Source: Escherichia coli (GTDB taxonomy: Bacteria; Pseudomonadota; Gammaproteobacteria; Enterobacterales; Enterobacteriaceae). From it: a stretch of DNA of 64,000 nucleotides. The notes under the pieces are model-generated. The model worked only from the letters and a program-made list of their open reading frames with translations, had not been told where the DNA came from and ran no database searches. The translations under genes were made by a program, and so were the position numbers. The DNA is taken from the NCBI RefSeq assembly GCF_048403405.1, contig NZ_CP183129.1; one strand, 5' to 3'. Shown one piece after another: positions 1 through 11,698 of the stretch (position 1 is the stretch's first letter; every line of letters starts with the position of its first letter).

Positions 1-321
1 AAATCCCTATCTTGCGTTCTTCCACGTTCTGATTGCCATCAACCATCAATGACTCAGGTAACCAAAAATGGATAAAACTTCGTTTCCGCTCCACGGTTTT
101 ATCCTCTTCCTGCACCGTATAAAGCTCGGTCACAGGAATAGCGATGAGCGGCCCAACGAGTTTTTGCGGCCCGCTGGTACTTTGGCGAATCGCATCTTCC
201 ACATCGCTACGGTAATCAGCACGTTCGACAATCACCTGCCGAATCAGCATTATCGGAATCAACAACAGCAATACTGCACCAAACAGGGTGGTCATTTTCC
301 AGAACAGGGGGGATTTCAACA
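1..321 (-). CDS. creD: CreD inner-membrane protein, 5' part only (about 107 codons; gene runs off the window start)
   Basis: ATG at 321 on minus strand preceded by AAGGAGA; translation MLKSPLFWKMTTLFGAVLLLLIPIML... matches CreD N-terminus; open to window edge so absent from ORF track. Confidence 0.8.
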
Positions 322-379
322 TAGTCTTCTCCTTTGCAATGGCAGCAGGATACGAAGGCTATGTGGGAAGAATTTGAAG

Positions 380-1804
380 CTATGTGAAGTGACGGTGAAG
401 TCGAAGCGAAGCCAGCACGCCACCTTCCTGCACGTTGCGCAGCGTGACTTCGCCGTTAAACAAACGGGCGACCTCACTGACGAACGCCAACCCCAGACCG
501 CTGCTTTTTTGACCATTTGCACGAGGCAAAGAGTAAAAGCGTTCAAAAATACGTGAAAGCGCGTAGTCAGGAATACCACTACCGGTATCCAGCACCTTAA
601 GCGTGACGTGTTCCTGATCCACTTCGGCGCTTAGCGTGATGCAACCGCTCTCGGGGGTAAAATCGATGGCGTTATCCAGTAAATTTCCCAGCGCCTGCTC
701 CAGTAACGCCGGTTCAGCAGCAACGTTAACCTCGGTGGGCGTAACATGCAGAGTGATTTTTTTTTCTGCCAACTGCACGGTGCGCGCTTCGCTGACGCGG
801 CGGAATAATGCCGCCACATCAACAGCAGTCAGAACGACTTCCTGACGATTCTCCAGTCTTGCCTGGCGTAGTAACGTTTCTACCAATGCCTGCATACGCG
901 CATTTTGCGTCAGAATGTTGTCAGTAAAACGAGCCACCACTTCCGGCGGCGGACCTTCGCGTAAAATTTCCGCCGCTCCACGAATCGCCGCCAGTGGGCT
1001 TTTTAGCTCATGAGTTAATGCGTAAACATACTGCTCAATATAGTTTTTCCCTTCCAGCTTCACGCGCATACTTTCCAGCGCCTGCGCGAGTTTACGCAGC
1101 TCGCTACTACCGAGATCGGGAAGAGGAACGGGCTTATTGTCAGTGACGGAATCAGCATAGCGAGTGAGCCGGGCAATGGAGCGGTTGATCCACCAAACCA
1201 TGCCTGCGCCAATCACCAGTGCAATCCCCAACAAAATGGCGCTGGCCCATAAAATTCGCCGCTCGCTGCGTTTAATGACCGGAGCCATCGCCGCGTTCGG
1301 TTTGCCTACGCTCAAAACGCCAATAAGCCGCGAGCCGTCCATAATCGGCGCGGCAACATACATCACCGAACTTTCGGGATCGGCAGGATTTTGCAACGTG
1401 CTGCGCGCACCATACTGACCACGCAACGTTAGCCAGACGTCATTCCAGCGCGAATAATCCTGTCCAACGGCTTTATTTGCCGAATCGAACAATACTTTGC
1501 CCTGCGCATCGGTCATATAGACATGATATTCATTGCGCACTTTGTTAATGCCACCGATATTGGCGCGAAACGGGCGATGCTGTAGCTGATTAAACGCCTG
1601 CGCCAGTTGCCCATGCGTTGGGTCCCCAGAGAGCAAATCGGGACGCGCCAGCTCCGCCAGCAACGTTGCGGTGTCGATCAACGTCCCCTCCGTTGCTCTT
1701 CGCACGCCCGGTTTAACTTCTTTGACAAAAATAGCCAGTACGAACCAGGCCGCCACCGCCACCAGTAAAAAATAGCCCAGCAGCAACCGCATGCCGATAC
1801 GCAT
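380..1804 (-). CDS. creC: two-component sensor histidine kinase CreC
   Basis: 474 aa ORF with two TM segments, HAMP and HisKA/HATPase motifs; synteny creA-creB-creC-creD. Confidence 0.93.
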   Translation of the reverse strand: MRIGMRLLLGYFLLVAVAAWFVLAIFVKEVKPGVRRATEGTLIDTATLLAELARPDLLSGDPTHGQLAQAFNQLQHRPFRANIGGINKVRNEYHVYMTDAQGKVLFDSANKAVGQDYSRWNDVWLTLRGQYGARSTLQNPADPESSVMYVAAPIMDGSRLIGVLSVGKPNAAMAPVIKRSERRILWASAILLGIALVIGAGMVWWINRSIARLTRYADSVTDNKPVPLPDLGSSELRKLAQALESMRVKLEGKNYIEQYVYALTHELKSPLAAIRGAAEILREGPPPEVVARFTDNILTQNARMQALVETLLRQARLENRQEVVLTAVDVAALFRRVSEARTVQLAEKKITLHVTPTEVNVAAEPALLEQALGNLLDNAIDFTPESGCITLSAEVDQEHVTLKVLDTGSGIPDYALSRIFERFYSLPRANGQKSSGLGLAFVSEVARLFNGEVTLRNVQEGGVLASLRLHRHFT

Positions 1805-2493
1805 TACAGGCCCCTCAGGCTATATCCCATGCTGCGATGAGTATTAATCGGTGAAAGATCGGGGTTGATGGCGCGCAGCTTGGCACGCAGCGTTTTAATG
1901 TGGGTATCGACGGTGCGATCGTAGGTGTCCTGCGCATCTTCCCACACGCTATCCATCAGTTGCTGGCGGGACCAGACGCGGCCCGGTGACTTGAGTAACG
2001 TCTTCAGCAATAAAAACTCATACCGCGTCAGCGCTAATGGCGTGTCAAACCAGCAGATCTGCGCCGCGGGTTCATTCAATTCAAAATGTCCAATACGGAT
2101 GACGGGAGACGGCGTCGAGAACTTCTTCACCCGACGCAGTAAGGTGCGCACCCTGGCGCACACTTCGCGGGGTGAAAACGGTTTAGCCACATAGTCGTCA
2201 GCGCCAATTTCCAGCCCAAGCAGGCGATCGACCTCTTCACTTCGGGCCGTCAGGAACAGTACAGGTAACGCCGGATGGAGCGCCAGTAACTGGCGGCACA
2301 ATTCAAAGCCGCTAATATCCGGCAGACCAACATCGAGAATCATGACGTCGGGTACCTGCTGGCGAGCTTTATCCAGCACCGGCAAGCCTCGCTCAAAGAC
2401 CTCGACGGCAAAACCTTCCTGCTGCAACATGTAGACCAGCGTGTCGGCTATCCCTTGCTCATCTTCCACTAACCAGACCGTTTCCCGTTGCAT
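1804..2493 (-). CDS. creB: response regulator CreB (OmpR family)
   Basis: 229 aa, receiver domain plus winged-helix; overlaps creC start by 1 nt. Confidence 0.93.
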   Translation of the reverse strand: MQRETVWLVEDEQGIADTLVYMLQQEGFAVEVFERGLPVLDKARQQVPDVMILDVGLPDISGFELCRQLLALHPALPVLFLTARSEEVDRLLGLEIGADDYVAKPFSPREVCARVRTLLRRVKKFSTPSPVIRIGHFELNEPAAQICWFDTPLALTRYEFLLLKTLLKSPGRVWSRQQLMDSVWEDAQDTYDRTVDTHIKTLRAKLRAINPDLSPINTHRSMGYSLRGL

Positions 2494-2505
2494 AAATCGC
2501 CTCTG

Positions 2506-2979
2506 TTATTGCCGCCACGGCATGACAGGAACCGCGCTAATCGCGTTTTTCGGCGAACCTTCTACAACTTTGTCGGAGTAAGCCAGATAAGCGAGCGCGT
2601 TGCGTTTGGCATCATAAAAGCGCACGACCTGTAACGACTTAAAGACCAGGGACGTGCGTTTTTTGAATACTACCTCGCCCTGAGCTTTGCCGTTTTTAAT
2701 ACGATCCGACAGTTCAATCGGCCCGACTTGCTGACAAGAAATGGCCGCATCGGAGGTATCTTCTGCCAGGCCCAATCCCCCTTTAATACCACCGGTTTTC
2801 GCCCGGCTCACATAACAGGTGACATTTTTCACATCGGGATCGTCAAAGGCTTCCACAACAATTTTGTGATCCGGGCCGATCATTTTAAATACGGTGTCGA
2901 CCGAACCAATCTCTTCTGCATGAGCCAATGGCCCCAGCATTATCAGGCTTAAAGACAGGATCAAATGCTTGTATTTCAT
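2506..2979 (-). CDS. creA: CreA periplasmic protein
   Basis: 157 aa with signal peptide [21 protein letters not shown]; first gene of cre operon. Confidence 0.9.
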
Positions 2980-3189
2980 ATTGTTACCATTTTTATCTAT
3001 TACACGAGCAATTAGTTCGTCACGGTAAATAACATATTGATTAAGAACAAAATCTCAATACTTTTATTTCCGTCAAGTCCTAAAACATACTCTACTAAGA
3101 AAAAAACACTGAATGCTAAAACAGCAAAAAATGCTATTATCCAATTACCTGATGTCAGGTGCTCGTTGTTGAAAGGATGAGGATATTTT

Positions 3190-4059
3190 ATGGATCAGGC
3201 CGGCATTATTCGCGACCTTTTAATCTGGCTGGAAGGTCATCTGGATCAGCCCCTGTCGCTCGACAATGTAGCGGCGAAAGCAGGTTATTCCAAGTGGCAC
3301 TTACAGAGAATGTTTAAAGATGTCACTGGCCATGCTATTGGCGCGTATATTCGTGCTCGTCGTTTGTCGAAATCGGCGGTCGCACTACGCCTGACTGCGC
3401 GTCCGATTCTGGACATCGCGCTGCAATACCGCTTCGACTCTCAACAGACATTTACCCGCGCATTCAAGAAGCAGTTTGCCCAGACTCCTGCACTTTACCG
3501 CCGTTCTCCTGAATGGAGCGCCTTTGGTATTCGCCCGCCGCTACGCCTGGGTGAATTCACTATGCCAGAGCACAAATTTGTCACCCTGGAAGATACGCCG
3601 CTGATTGGTGTTACCCAGAGCTACTCCTGTTCGCTGGAGCAAATCTCTGATTTCCGCCATGAAATGCGTTATCAGTTCTGGCACGATTTTCTCGGCAACG
3701 CGCCGACCATTCCGCCGGTGCTCTACGGCCTGAATGAAACGCGTCCGAGTCAGGATAAAGACGACGAACAAGAGGTATTCTATACCACCGCGTTAGCCCA
3801 GGATCAGGCAGATGGCTATGTACTGACGGGGCATCCGGTGATGCTGCAGGGCGGCGAATATGTGATGTTTACCTATGAAGGTCTGGGAACCGGCGTGCAG
3901 GAGTTTATCCTGACGGTATACGGGACGTGCATGCCAATGCTCAACCTGACGCGCCGTAAAGATCAGGATATTGAGCGATACTACCCGGCAGAAGATGCCA
4001 AAGCGGGAGATCGCCCAATTAATCTGCGCTGTGAACTGCTGATTCCGATCCGTCGTTAA
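3190..4059 (+). CDS. rob: AraC/XylS-family transcriptional regulator Rob
   Basis: 289 aa, N-terminal AraC HTH and C-terminal GyrI-like domain; conserved position next to creA. Confidence 0.93.
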   Translation: MDQAGIIRDLLIWLEGHLDQPLSLDNVAAKAGYSKWHLQRMFKDVTGHAIGAYIRARRLSKSAVALRLTARPILDIALQYRFDSQQTFTRAFKKQFAQTPALYRRSPEWSAFGIRPPLRLGEFTMPEHKFVTLEDTPLIGVTQSYSCSLEQISDFRHEMRYQFWHDFLGNAPTIPPVLYGLNETRPSQDKDDEQEVFYTTALAQDQADGYVLTGHPVMLQGGEYVMFTYEGLGTGVQEFILTVYGTCMPMLNLTRRKDQDIERYYPAEDAKAGDRPINLRCELLIPIRR

Positions 4060-4703
4060 CGCTGCAGCTCATCTAATGCAGGGGCGTCCAGATGCGAGAT
4101 GTCCCCTGCGGTTTCAACGACCCAGCCAGACGCCAGCCACAGGCTTTCCTGATAATCCACGCGCGAAATAGAACAGTTACGCAGACGTAAGCGGCGCTCT
4201 GCCCATGCTGGTAATCCGAGAATCGTACTCACCAGGCATCCCAGTGCAATACCATGGCTCACCAGCAGCGGTCGGCTTCCCTGCGGTAAGTCCCGGCAAG
4301 ATTCCAGTGCCGCATTGACGCGATCGCTGAGCTCCTGCATTGACTCGCCTTCAGGAATACGCCCGTCAACGGTGCCATTGACCAGCTGCCGACGCCAGTT
4401 CTCTTCTTCTTCGGTCAGAGAATCGATATGTCTTTTTTCCAGCACACCCATGTTTAATTCACGCAGGCGAGAATCAAAGATGATGTCACAGCCGCAGGCC
4501 TGGGCGATGATTTCCGCCGTACGCCGGGTGCGTCCTAAATCGCTACTGATGATATGCGTAATGCCAAGCTCTTTGGCACGGGTTGCCACCTGCATCGCCT
4601 GTTGCTCACCTTTGGCGGTCAGCGGGCTGTCAGACTGGCCCTGAATACGTCGCTCGGCGTTCCACTGCGTTTCACCGTGGCGGACTAGGTATACCTGTAA
4701 CAT
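4056..4703 (-). CDS. gpmB: probable phosphoglycerate mutase GpmB (histidine phosphatase family)
   Basis: 215 aa, RHGETQWN catalytic motif at N-terminus. Confidence 0.92.
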   Translation of the reverse strand: MLQVYLVRHGETQWNAERRIQGQSDSPLTAKGEQQAMQVATRAKELGITHIISSDLGRTRRTAEIIAQACGCDIIFDSRLRELNMGVLEKRHIDSLTEEEENWRRQLVNGTVDGRIPEGESMQELSDRVNAALESCRDLPQGSRPLLVSHGIALGCLVSTILGLPAWAERRLRLRNCSISRVDYQESLWLASGWVVETAGDISHLDAPALDELQR

Positions 4704-4742
4704 GCTTTTTTTCCGTATACTGCTGTAACGTTAATTTTCTGA

Positions 4743-5605
<863 letters not shown>

Positions 5606-5635
5606 TTAGCGGGGGAAGCAAAATGCCTCCCCCGG

Positions 5636-5653
5636 TGTACTCGCTAAAGAGTA
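5636..5653. promoter_or_regulatory. trp operator palindrome in trpR promoter (autoregulation site)
   Basis: GTACTCGCTAAAGAGTAC dyad 46-63 bp upstream of trpR start; matches the known TrpR operator half-sites GTACT/AGTAC. Confidence 0.75.
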
Positions 5654-5678
5654 CGATAGCATATCATAAACGTGCGGA

Positions 5679-7616
5679 TCAGTAACGACGTCCCCATTCC
5701 GTGGCGCTCATCAATGTCGGTTTATCCCCCATGAAATAGCGGTAGTAAGCGTCATAAGCCAGCACGTTCTTCACATAACCGCGCGTCTCGGAAAACGGAA
5801 TACTCTCGACGAATGCCACTGCGTCGATACGCCCGGCGCTGTTGCCAAGCCAGGTTCGCACCCGGCCTGGTCCGGCGTTATAAGCTGCTGAGGAGAAAAT
5901 ACGGTTATTACCAAACTGCTGATAAACATATTGCAGGTAACTGGTGCCAATGTTGATGTTCGTTTCCGGATCCAGCAATTGTCCTGGGCTGCTATAACCA
6001 GGAATAGAGAACATCTTCACCGTATGGGTCGCCGTGCCCGGCATAATCTGCATCAGGCCGCTGGCCCCTACCGGTGATTTCACTTTCGGATTCCAGGCGC
6101 TCTCCTGACGGGCAATCGCCATCGCATAGCTTTGCGGGATCTCCTTCCCACTGGTGTAACGTTTGAAAAGATCGTTGTAAGCCAGCGGGAATCGCTCTTC
6201 CAGATGATCCCATAGCTTCCCGGCGATCGTTGCCTGAACGCTAAGATCCCACCATTGGTTATTGAAAGCATACCGAGCCAGTTGCGCCTGCTCTGTTTTT
6301 GACTTGCTCTTCACCAGATTGGCCCACTCGCTACGCGCGGTGTTATCGAGATTCCAGTACATCAACTCGCGCACGCGCGCCATCTCCGGCCCCTGAGTCA
6401 GCGTGCTGTCAACATTCTGCGGCGCTTTATCAATCTTCAGCTCATACTCTTCTCCGATGCGTTGTGCTGCAACCATTGGGTAGAAACCACGCTGTTGCAT
6501 GAGTTGATGCAAAATCTCTTTCGCTTCAGCTTCACGTCCGCGTTCCAGCAGTAAATCCGCCTGCCAGTAACGCCATTCATCTTTCTCTTTCGCCTCCATC
6601 GGCAAACGCGCCAGCCAGGTATTCAGGCCGCGACGATCGCCGGTGCCAAGCGCCATTCGCACACGGCGTTCAATAAGCGAAGTAGATTGCGAACGCATAA
6701 TGGCGTCATCACGCCATTTCGCCTGCTCGTCGGTGACATCGTTGCCCATCAAACGCCAGGCGACGATATCGCGCAGCTCCTGAATCTGATCTTCATTAAG
6801 CTGCTGCGCCTGGGCAAGCGACGGGATCATCAGCCGTGCATTTTCAGCATCCTGCCGCGCCACACTGGCAAACGCCACCGCCGCCATTTGACGGGTAAAA
6901 TCGGTCGCTCCGGTTGTACGCGCGAAGGTCAGTACCGTATTAGGGTTGTTCGCCAGTGAAATGATTGCCGAGGCGATAGTCTGGTAATCGGCAGGCATCT
7001 GCCCTGCCAGCACTGTTACCAGGCCAGTGTTACCCGCTTTCATCGCCAGACGGATACGCTCTAAATACGCCAGCGGATCTTGTTTACCTGACGCACGCCA
7101 GACGCTAAATAACTTGTCACAGGCGTTAGGCTGGCTCTTGCCGGTTAGCCACAGCTCTTTCGCCCCTTGCCAGGCTTCTTCACTCTGCCCGGTGTTCCAT
7201 TTCGCATAGTAGTAATTACATTGCGCTTCGGTAGTTCCGGGCTTTTCCGGGCTAAAGGCTAACAAGCCACGCCAGTCTTCACGCCGCGCCAGTTCATTGA
7301 CGAAACGAGATTGCAGCGTGCGAGCGGGAGGAAGCGTGGGGTTAGCGCGAACAAAGTTAGTGACCGTCACCGCCGGTTGATTCATCAGGTCATCGGTGAT
7401 CTGACGGTATTCCAGGTAGGGATAAAGCGGATAATCCTTCAGTCCAGGCATCATTTGTTCGACCACATCCATTTGTCGATTATCCCAGGCCTGCTTGATT
7501 TGGGCGTAGCGGCTACGCTGCTCATCCAGTGAGTCGGCTCGCGCCACGCTGCTGACCGTCAGCAGACAGACACCGGCAGCCAACAGCCGCCAGGTAACTT
7601 GTTTGGCTTTTTCCAC
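5679..7616 (-). CDS. slt: soluble lytic murein transglycosylase Slt70
   Basis: 645 aa from a GTG start (ORF track extends to 7646); signal peptide then superhelical and lysozyme-like domains. Confidence 0.92.
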   Translation of the reverse strand: MEKAKQVTWRLLAAGVCLLTVSSVARADSLDEQRSRYAQIKQAWDNRQMDVVEQMMPGLKDYPLYPYLEYRQITDDLMNQPAVTVTNFVRANPTLPPARTLQSRFVNELARREDWRGLLAFSPEKPGTTEAQCNYYYAKWNTGQSEEAWQGAKELWLTGKSQPNACDKLFSVWRASGKQDPLAYLERIRLAMKAGNTGLVTVLAGQMPADYQTIASAIISLANNPNTVLTFARTTGATDFTRQMAAVAFASVARQDAENARLMIPSLAQAQQLNEDQIQELRDIVAWRLMGNDVTDEQAKWRDDAIMRSQSTSLIERRVRMALGTGDRRGLNTWLARLPMEAKEKDEWRYWQADLLLERGREAEAKEILHQLMQQRGFYPMVAAQRIGEEYELKIDKAPQNVDSTLTQGPEMARVRELMYWNLDNTARSEWANLVKSKSKTEQAQLARYAFNNQWWDLSVQATIAGKLWDHLEERFPLAYNDLFKRYTSGKEIPQSYAMAIARQESAWNPKVKSPVGASGLMQIMPGTATHTVKMFSIPGYSSPGQLLDPETNINIGTSYLQYVYQQFGNNRIFSSAAYNAGPGRVRTWLGNSAGRIDAVAFVESIPFSETRGYVKNVLAYDAYYRYFMGDKPTLMSATEWGRRY

Positions 7617-7826
7617 AAGCGCATCCTCTAAGTGTAAATACATCAATGCAGCGTCATGCCGCGTAATAGATTTATGCTAACCAGTCATTGCCGTTTACGC
7701 CACGTTACGGACACTTTTTTACTTTTACTGCGAGGGTGATCGACCGGCTGGGATTAGATAAGGAAACAGGCTACACTTCGCCTTTGAAAACTCATCATCA
7801 CGATAAACATAGAGGCGAAGTCCAAC

Positions 7827-9494
7827 GTGGCTCAATTCGTTTATACCATGCATCGTGTCGGCAAAGTTGTTCCGACGAAACGTCATATTTTGAAAAACAT
7901 CTCTCTGAGTTTCTTCCCTGGGGCAAAAATTGGTGTCCTGGGTCTGAACGGCGCGGGTAAGTCCACCCTGCTGCGCATTATGGCGGGCATTGATAAAGAC
8001 ATCGAAGGCGAAGCGCGTCCGCAACCGGATATCAAGATTGGTTATCTGCCGCAGGAACCGCAGCTGAACCCGGAACACACCGTGCGTGAGTCCATTGAAG
8101 AAGCGGTTTCTGAAGTGGTTAACGCCCTGAAACGCCTGGATGAAGTGTATGCGCTGTACGCCGATCCGGATGCCGATTTTGACAAGCTGGCCGCTGAACA
8201 AGGCCGTCTGGAAGAGATCATTCAGGCTCACGACGGTCACAACCTGAACGTTCAGCTGGAGCGTGCGGCGGATGCGCTGCGTCTGCCGGACTGGGACGCG
8301 AAAATCGCTAACCTCTCCGGTGGTGAGCGTCGTCGCGTGGCGTTGTGCCGCCTGCTGCTGGAAAAACCAGACATGCTGCTGCTCGACGAACCGACGAACC
8401 ACCTGGATGCCGAATCCGTGGCGTGGCTGGAACGCTTCCTGCACGACTTCGAAGGCACCGTTGTGGCGATTACCCACGACCGTTACTTCCTCGATAACGT
8501 GGCGGGCTGGATCCTCGAACTGGACCGTGGTGAAGGTATTCCGTGGGAAGGTAACTACTCCTCCTGGCTGGAGCAGAAAGATCAACGTCTGGCGCAGGAA
8601 GCTTCACAAGAAGCTGCGCGTCGTAAGTCGATTGAGAAAGAGCTGGAGTGGGTACGTCAGGGGACTAAAGGCCGTCAGTCGAAAGGTAAAGCACGTCTGG
8701 CGCGTTTTGAAGAGCTGAACAGCACCGAATATCAGAAACGTAACGAAACCAACGAACTGTTTATTCCACCGGGACCGCGTCTTGGCGATAAAGTGCTGGA
8801 AGTCAACAACCTGCGTAAATCCTACGGTGATCGCCTGCTGATTGATGACCTGAGCTTCTCGATCCCGAAAGGGGCAATCGTCGGGATCATCGGTCCGAAC
8901 GGCGCGGGTAAATCGACCCTGTTCCGTATGATCTCTGGTCAGGAACAGCCGGACAGTGGCACCATCACTTTAGGTGAAACGGTGAAACTGGCATCGGTTG
9001 ATCAGTTCCGTGACTCAATGGATAACAGCAAAACCGTTTGGGAAGAAGTTTCCGGCGGGCTGGATATCATGAAAATCGGCAACACCGAGATGCCAAGCCG
9101 CGCCTACGTTGGCCGCTTTAACTTTAAAGGGGTTGATCAGGGTAAACGCGTTGGTGAACTCTCCGGCGGTGAGCGCGGTCGTCTGCATCTGGCGAAGCTG
9201 CTGCAAGTTGGCGGCAACATGCTGCTGCTCGACGAACCAACCAACGACCTGGATATCGAAACCCTGCGCGCGCTGGAAAACGCCCTGCTGGAGTTCCCGG
9301 GCTGCGCGATGGTTATCTCGCACGACCGTTGGTTCCTCGACCGTATCGCCACGCACATCCTGGACTACCAGGATGAAGGTAAAGTTGAGTTCTTCGAAGG
9401 TAACTTTACCGAGTACGAAGAGTACAAGAAACGTACGCTGGGCGCAGACGCGCTGGAGCCGAAGCGTATCAAGTACAAGCGTATTGCGAAGTAA
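7827..9494 (+). CDS. ettA: energy-dependent translational throttle EttA (ABC-F ATPase)
   Basis: 555 aa with two ABC cassettes (Walker A GLNGAGKST and GPNGAGKST, two LSGGER signatures). Confidence 0.95.
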   Translation: MAQFVYTMHRVGKVVPTKRHILKNISLSFFPGAKIGVLGLNGAGKSTLLRIMAGIDKDIEGEARPQPDIKIGYLPQEPQLNPEHTVRESIEEAVSEVVNALKRLDEVYALYADPDADFDKLAAEQGRLEEIIQAHDGHNLNVQLERAADALRLPDWDAKIANLSGGERRRVALCRLLLEKPDMLLLDEPTNHLDAESVAWLERFLHDFEGTVVAITHDRYFLDNVAGWILELDRGEGIPWEGNYSSWLEQKDQRLAQEASQEAARRKSIEKELEWVRQGTKGRQSKGKARLARFEELNSTEYQKRNETNELFIPPGPRLGDKVLEVNNLRKSYGDRLLIDDLSFSIPKGAIVGIIGPNGAGKSTLFRMISGQEQPDSGTITLGETVKLASVDQFRDSMDNSKTVWEEVSGGLDIMKIGNTEMPSRAYVGRFNFKGVDQGKRVGELSGGERGRLHLAKLLQVGGNMLLLDEPTNDLDIETLRALENALLEFPGCAMVISHDRWFLDRIATHILDYQDEGKVEFFEGNFTEYEEYKKRTLGADALEPKRIKYKRIAK

Positions 9495-9503
9495 TGCGTA
9501 AAA

Positions 9504-9538
9504 TGCCGGATGCGGCGCGCCAGCATCGCATCCGGTAT
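9504..9538. repeat. REP (repetitive extragenic palindromic) element
   Basis: GCCGGATGCGGCGCGCCAGCATCGCATCCGGT, typical E. coli REP consensus, downstream of ettA. Confidence 0.8.
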
Positions 9539-9617
9539 TAGTTAAATGATTAGTCCCCGGAAAAGGCAGAATTTTCTTTAAGCGTATTAGCTCAGATGCG
9601 GACTGACATCTCAAATC

Positions 9618-9650
9618 AAGCGGGAACTCATGGTTCCCGCTTAACGTTTT
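9618..9650. terminator. perfect hairpin between convergent ettA and the LysR-family gene
   Basis: AAGCGGGAAC-tcatg-GTTCCCGCTT followed by AACGTTTT. Confidence 0.55.
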
Positions 9651-10536
9651 ATTCACCGCGCAGGATCTGGCGGAAATGGGAAACCAGCGGACGTTGGTTG
9701 GCTTTATGCCAGGCTGCCCATAATTGCGTTGAATAATTCATCCACGGCAATTCACGTAATACCACCCCTTCCGGCGCATTATGACGAAGACTATGTTGAA
9801 TTAAGGCCAGACCTAATCCCGCAGCGACCAGACCTAATGCCGTGAGGGGTTCACCAGCTTCCAGGCGAATATCAGGATTAAACCCGGCATTAACACAGGC
9901 GGCGACAAAATGATCGCGAGAATGCGCATCGTCGTTATGAATCACCGCAATCCACTGCTCATCGCCAAGTTGTGACGCGACAAGGTTTTCCTCCTGCGCC
10001 AGAGGATGATTTTGCGGTAAGGCCAACAACATTCGATCATCCAGAACCTGAATATATTCCAGATCCTGCTCGCTGTCGGTGGGCGGCGTATCGACCAGAG
10101 AAAAATCGAGACTGCGCTGGCGAAGGCCTTCAATCTGGGTCGCCGGTGGTTGGCTGTAAAGTGCGATATGCACATTCGGACGCGATACACGTAACGTACG
10201 TAGCGCCGTAGAAAGCACACCGGAATGCATGGCGTTTTCGATATAGCCAATACACAAGCCACCATCTTCCCCCCGTCCCAGGCGTTTGCCTAACGACTCC
10301 AGGCGGTTGGCGTGTGTCAGCAACGAACGTGTTTCGGCAAGGAATGTCTGTCCATCAGCGGTCAGGCGAATGCGCTGCTGATTACGCTCAAACAGCGTCA
10401 GCCCCAGCCGTTCTTCCAGTTGCGCAATCTGGCGGCTCAGCGGTGATTGCGAGATATGTAATCGCTCGGCTGCGCGTCCCACGTGCTCTTCTTCTGCGAC
10501 CACCACGAAGTACTTCAGTTGGCGTAAATCAATCAT
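9649..10536 (-). CDS. LysR-family transcriptional regulator (island gene)
   Basis: N-terminal HTH MIDLRQLKYFVVVAEEEHVGRAAERLHISQSPLSRQI; ORF track start 10665 is likely an upstream extension; divergent from the AKR gene. Confidence 0.8.
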   Translation of the reverse strand: MIDLRQLKYFVVVAEEEHVGRAAERLHISQSPLSRQIAQLEERLGLTLFERNQQRIRLTADGQTFLAETRSLLTHANRLESLGKRLGRGEDGGLCIGYIENAMHSGVLSTALRTLRVSRPNVHIALYSQPPATQIEGLRQRSLDFSLVDTPPTDSEQDLEYIQVLDDRMLLALPQNHPLAQEENLVASQLGDEQWIAVIHNDDAHSRDHFVAACVNAGFNPDIRLEAGEPLTALGLVAAGLGLALIQHSLRHNAPEGVVLRELPWMNYSTQLWAAWHKANQRPLVSHFRQILRGE

Positions 10537-10668
10537 GTTAGACCTCAAAGGACTTAAGTCAGACAAATTATGTCCTATCAAGTCATAACCTCGCAAGGTA
10601 TTGTGATCCACGTCACAGGGCAATAGCAAAAAACGCCCGAACCCAAACCGAATAATTGAGGACATCTT

Positions 10669-11679
10669 ATGAGCATCAAAAATTTACTTCCCGGCAAAAT
10701 TGGCTTAGGCGGCGCACCACTCGGCAACATGTTCCGTGCCATTCCGGAAGAAGAGGCCCACGCCACCGTGAGCGAAGCCTGGAACCTGGGTGTGCGTTAC
10801 TTTGATACCGCGCCGCTGTACGGCTCTGGCCTTTCTGAAATCCGCATGGGTGAAGCGCTGTCTCAGTATCCACGCGATGAATACGTTCTGAGTAGCAAAG
10901 TCGGTCGCATCATGCTGGACGAAATGGAAGATCCGGCAAAACGGGATTTCGGTGAAAAAGGTGGCCTGTTCGAACACGGCCTGAAAAACAAAATTCTGAA
11001 TGACTACTCTGCTGACGCCACGCTGCGCTCGATTGAAGACAGCCTGAAACGCCTGAAAACAGATCGTCTGGATATTGTCTGGATCCACGACCCGGCGCAG
11101 GACTTCTACGGTGACAGCTGGCTGGAACAGTTCAACATAGCCCGTACCGGTGCGTTTCGTGCGCTGACGCGTTTGCGTGACGAAGGTGTGATTAAAGCCT
11201 GGGGACTGGGTGTGAATCGCGTCGAACCTTGCGAACTGACGCTGGCGCTGGACGAACCGAAGCCGGATGCGTTCCTGCTGGCGGGGCGTTATTCCCTGCT
11301 GGATCACGAACGTGCGCTGCAACGCCTGATGCCAGAAGCACTGGAACAGAACGTGGATATTGTTGTGGGCGGTCCGTACAGCTCTGGCGTACTGGCAGGC
11401 GGCGAGCACTTTGAATATCAGAAAGCTTCTGCGGCCATCCAGCAGAAAGTGGCGCAAATTAACGCCATTGCCACACGTTTCAATGTGAACGTTAAAGCAG
11501 CTGCGCTGCAGTTCGCGCTGGCAAACCCGGCCGTTGCAGCGGTTATTCCTGGCTCCAGCCGTCCTGGCCGTATGGCAGAAGATCTGGCTGCACTGAATGC
11601 GCCTGTTCCGGCTGAATTCTGGGCAGAAATGCGCCGTCAAAATCTGGTTGCGGAAAACGCTCCGCTGCCGACCCGTTAA
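10669..11679 (+). CDS. aldo-keto reductase family oxidoreductase
   Basis: 336 aa, AKR fold motifs (GGAPLGN, YFDTAPLYG, LDIVWIHDP). Confidence 0.8.
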   Translation: MSIKNLLPGKIGLGGAPLGNMFRAIPEEEAHATVSEAWNLGVRYFDTAPLYGSGLSEIRMGEALSQYPRDEYVLSSKVGRIMLDEMEDPAKRDFGEKGGLFEHGLKNKILNDYSADATLRSIEDSLKRLKTDRLDIVWIHDPAQDFYGDSWLEQFNIARTGAFRALTRLRDEGVIKAWGLGVNRVEPCELTLALDEPKPDAFLLAGRYSLLDHERALQRLMPEALEQNVDIVVGGPYSSGVLAGGEHFEYQKASAAIQQKVAQINAIATRFNVNVKAAALQFALANPAVAAVIPGSSRPGRMAEDLAALNAPVPAEFWAEMRRQNLVAENAPLPTR

Positions 11680-11698
11680 TCAACCTGGTGAGAAAACG

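Noticed and set aside
68-556. 162-aa plus-strand ORF at window start
   Set aside because: Antisense to the creD 5' end and creC 3' end; translation has no protein-like features
5611-5635. Hairpin CGGGGGAAGC...TCCCCCG considered as slt terminator
   Set aside because: No U-tract follows on either strand; may simply be part of the trpR promoter region
7725-8585. 286-aa minus-strand ORF
   Set aside because: Antisense within ettA
10705-11640. 311-aa minus-strand ORF
   Set aside because: Antisense within the aldo-keto reductase gene
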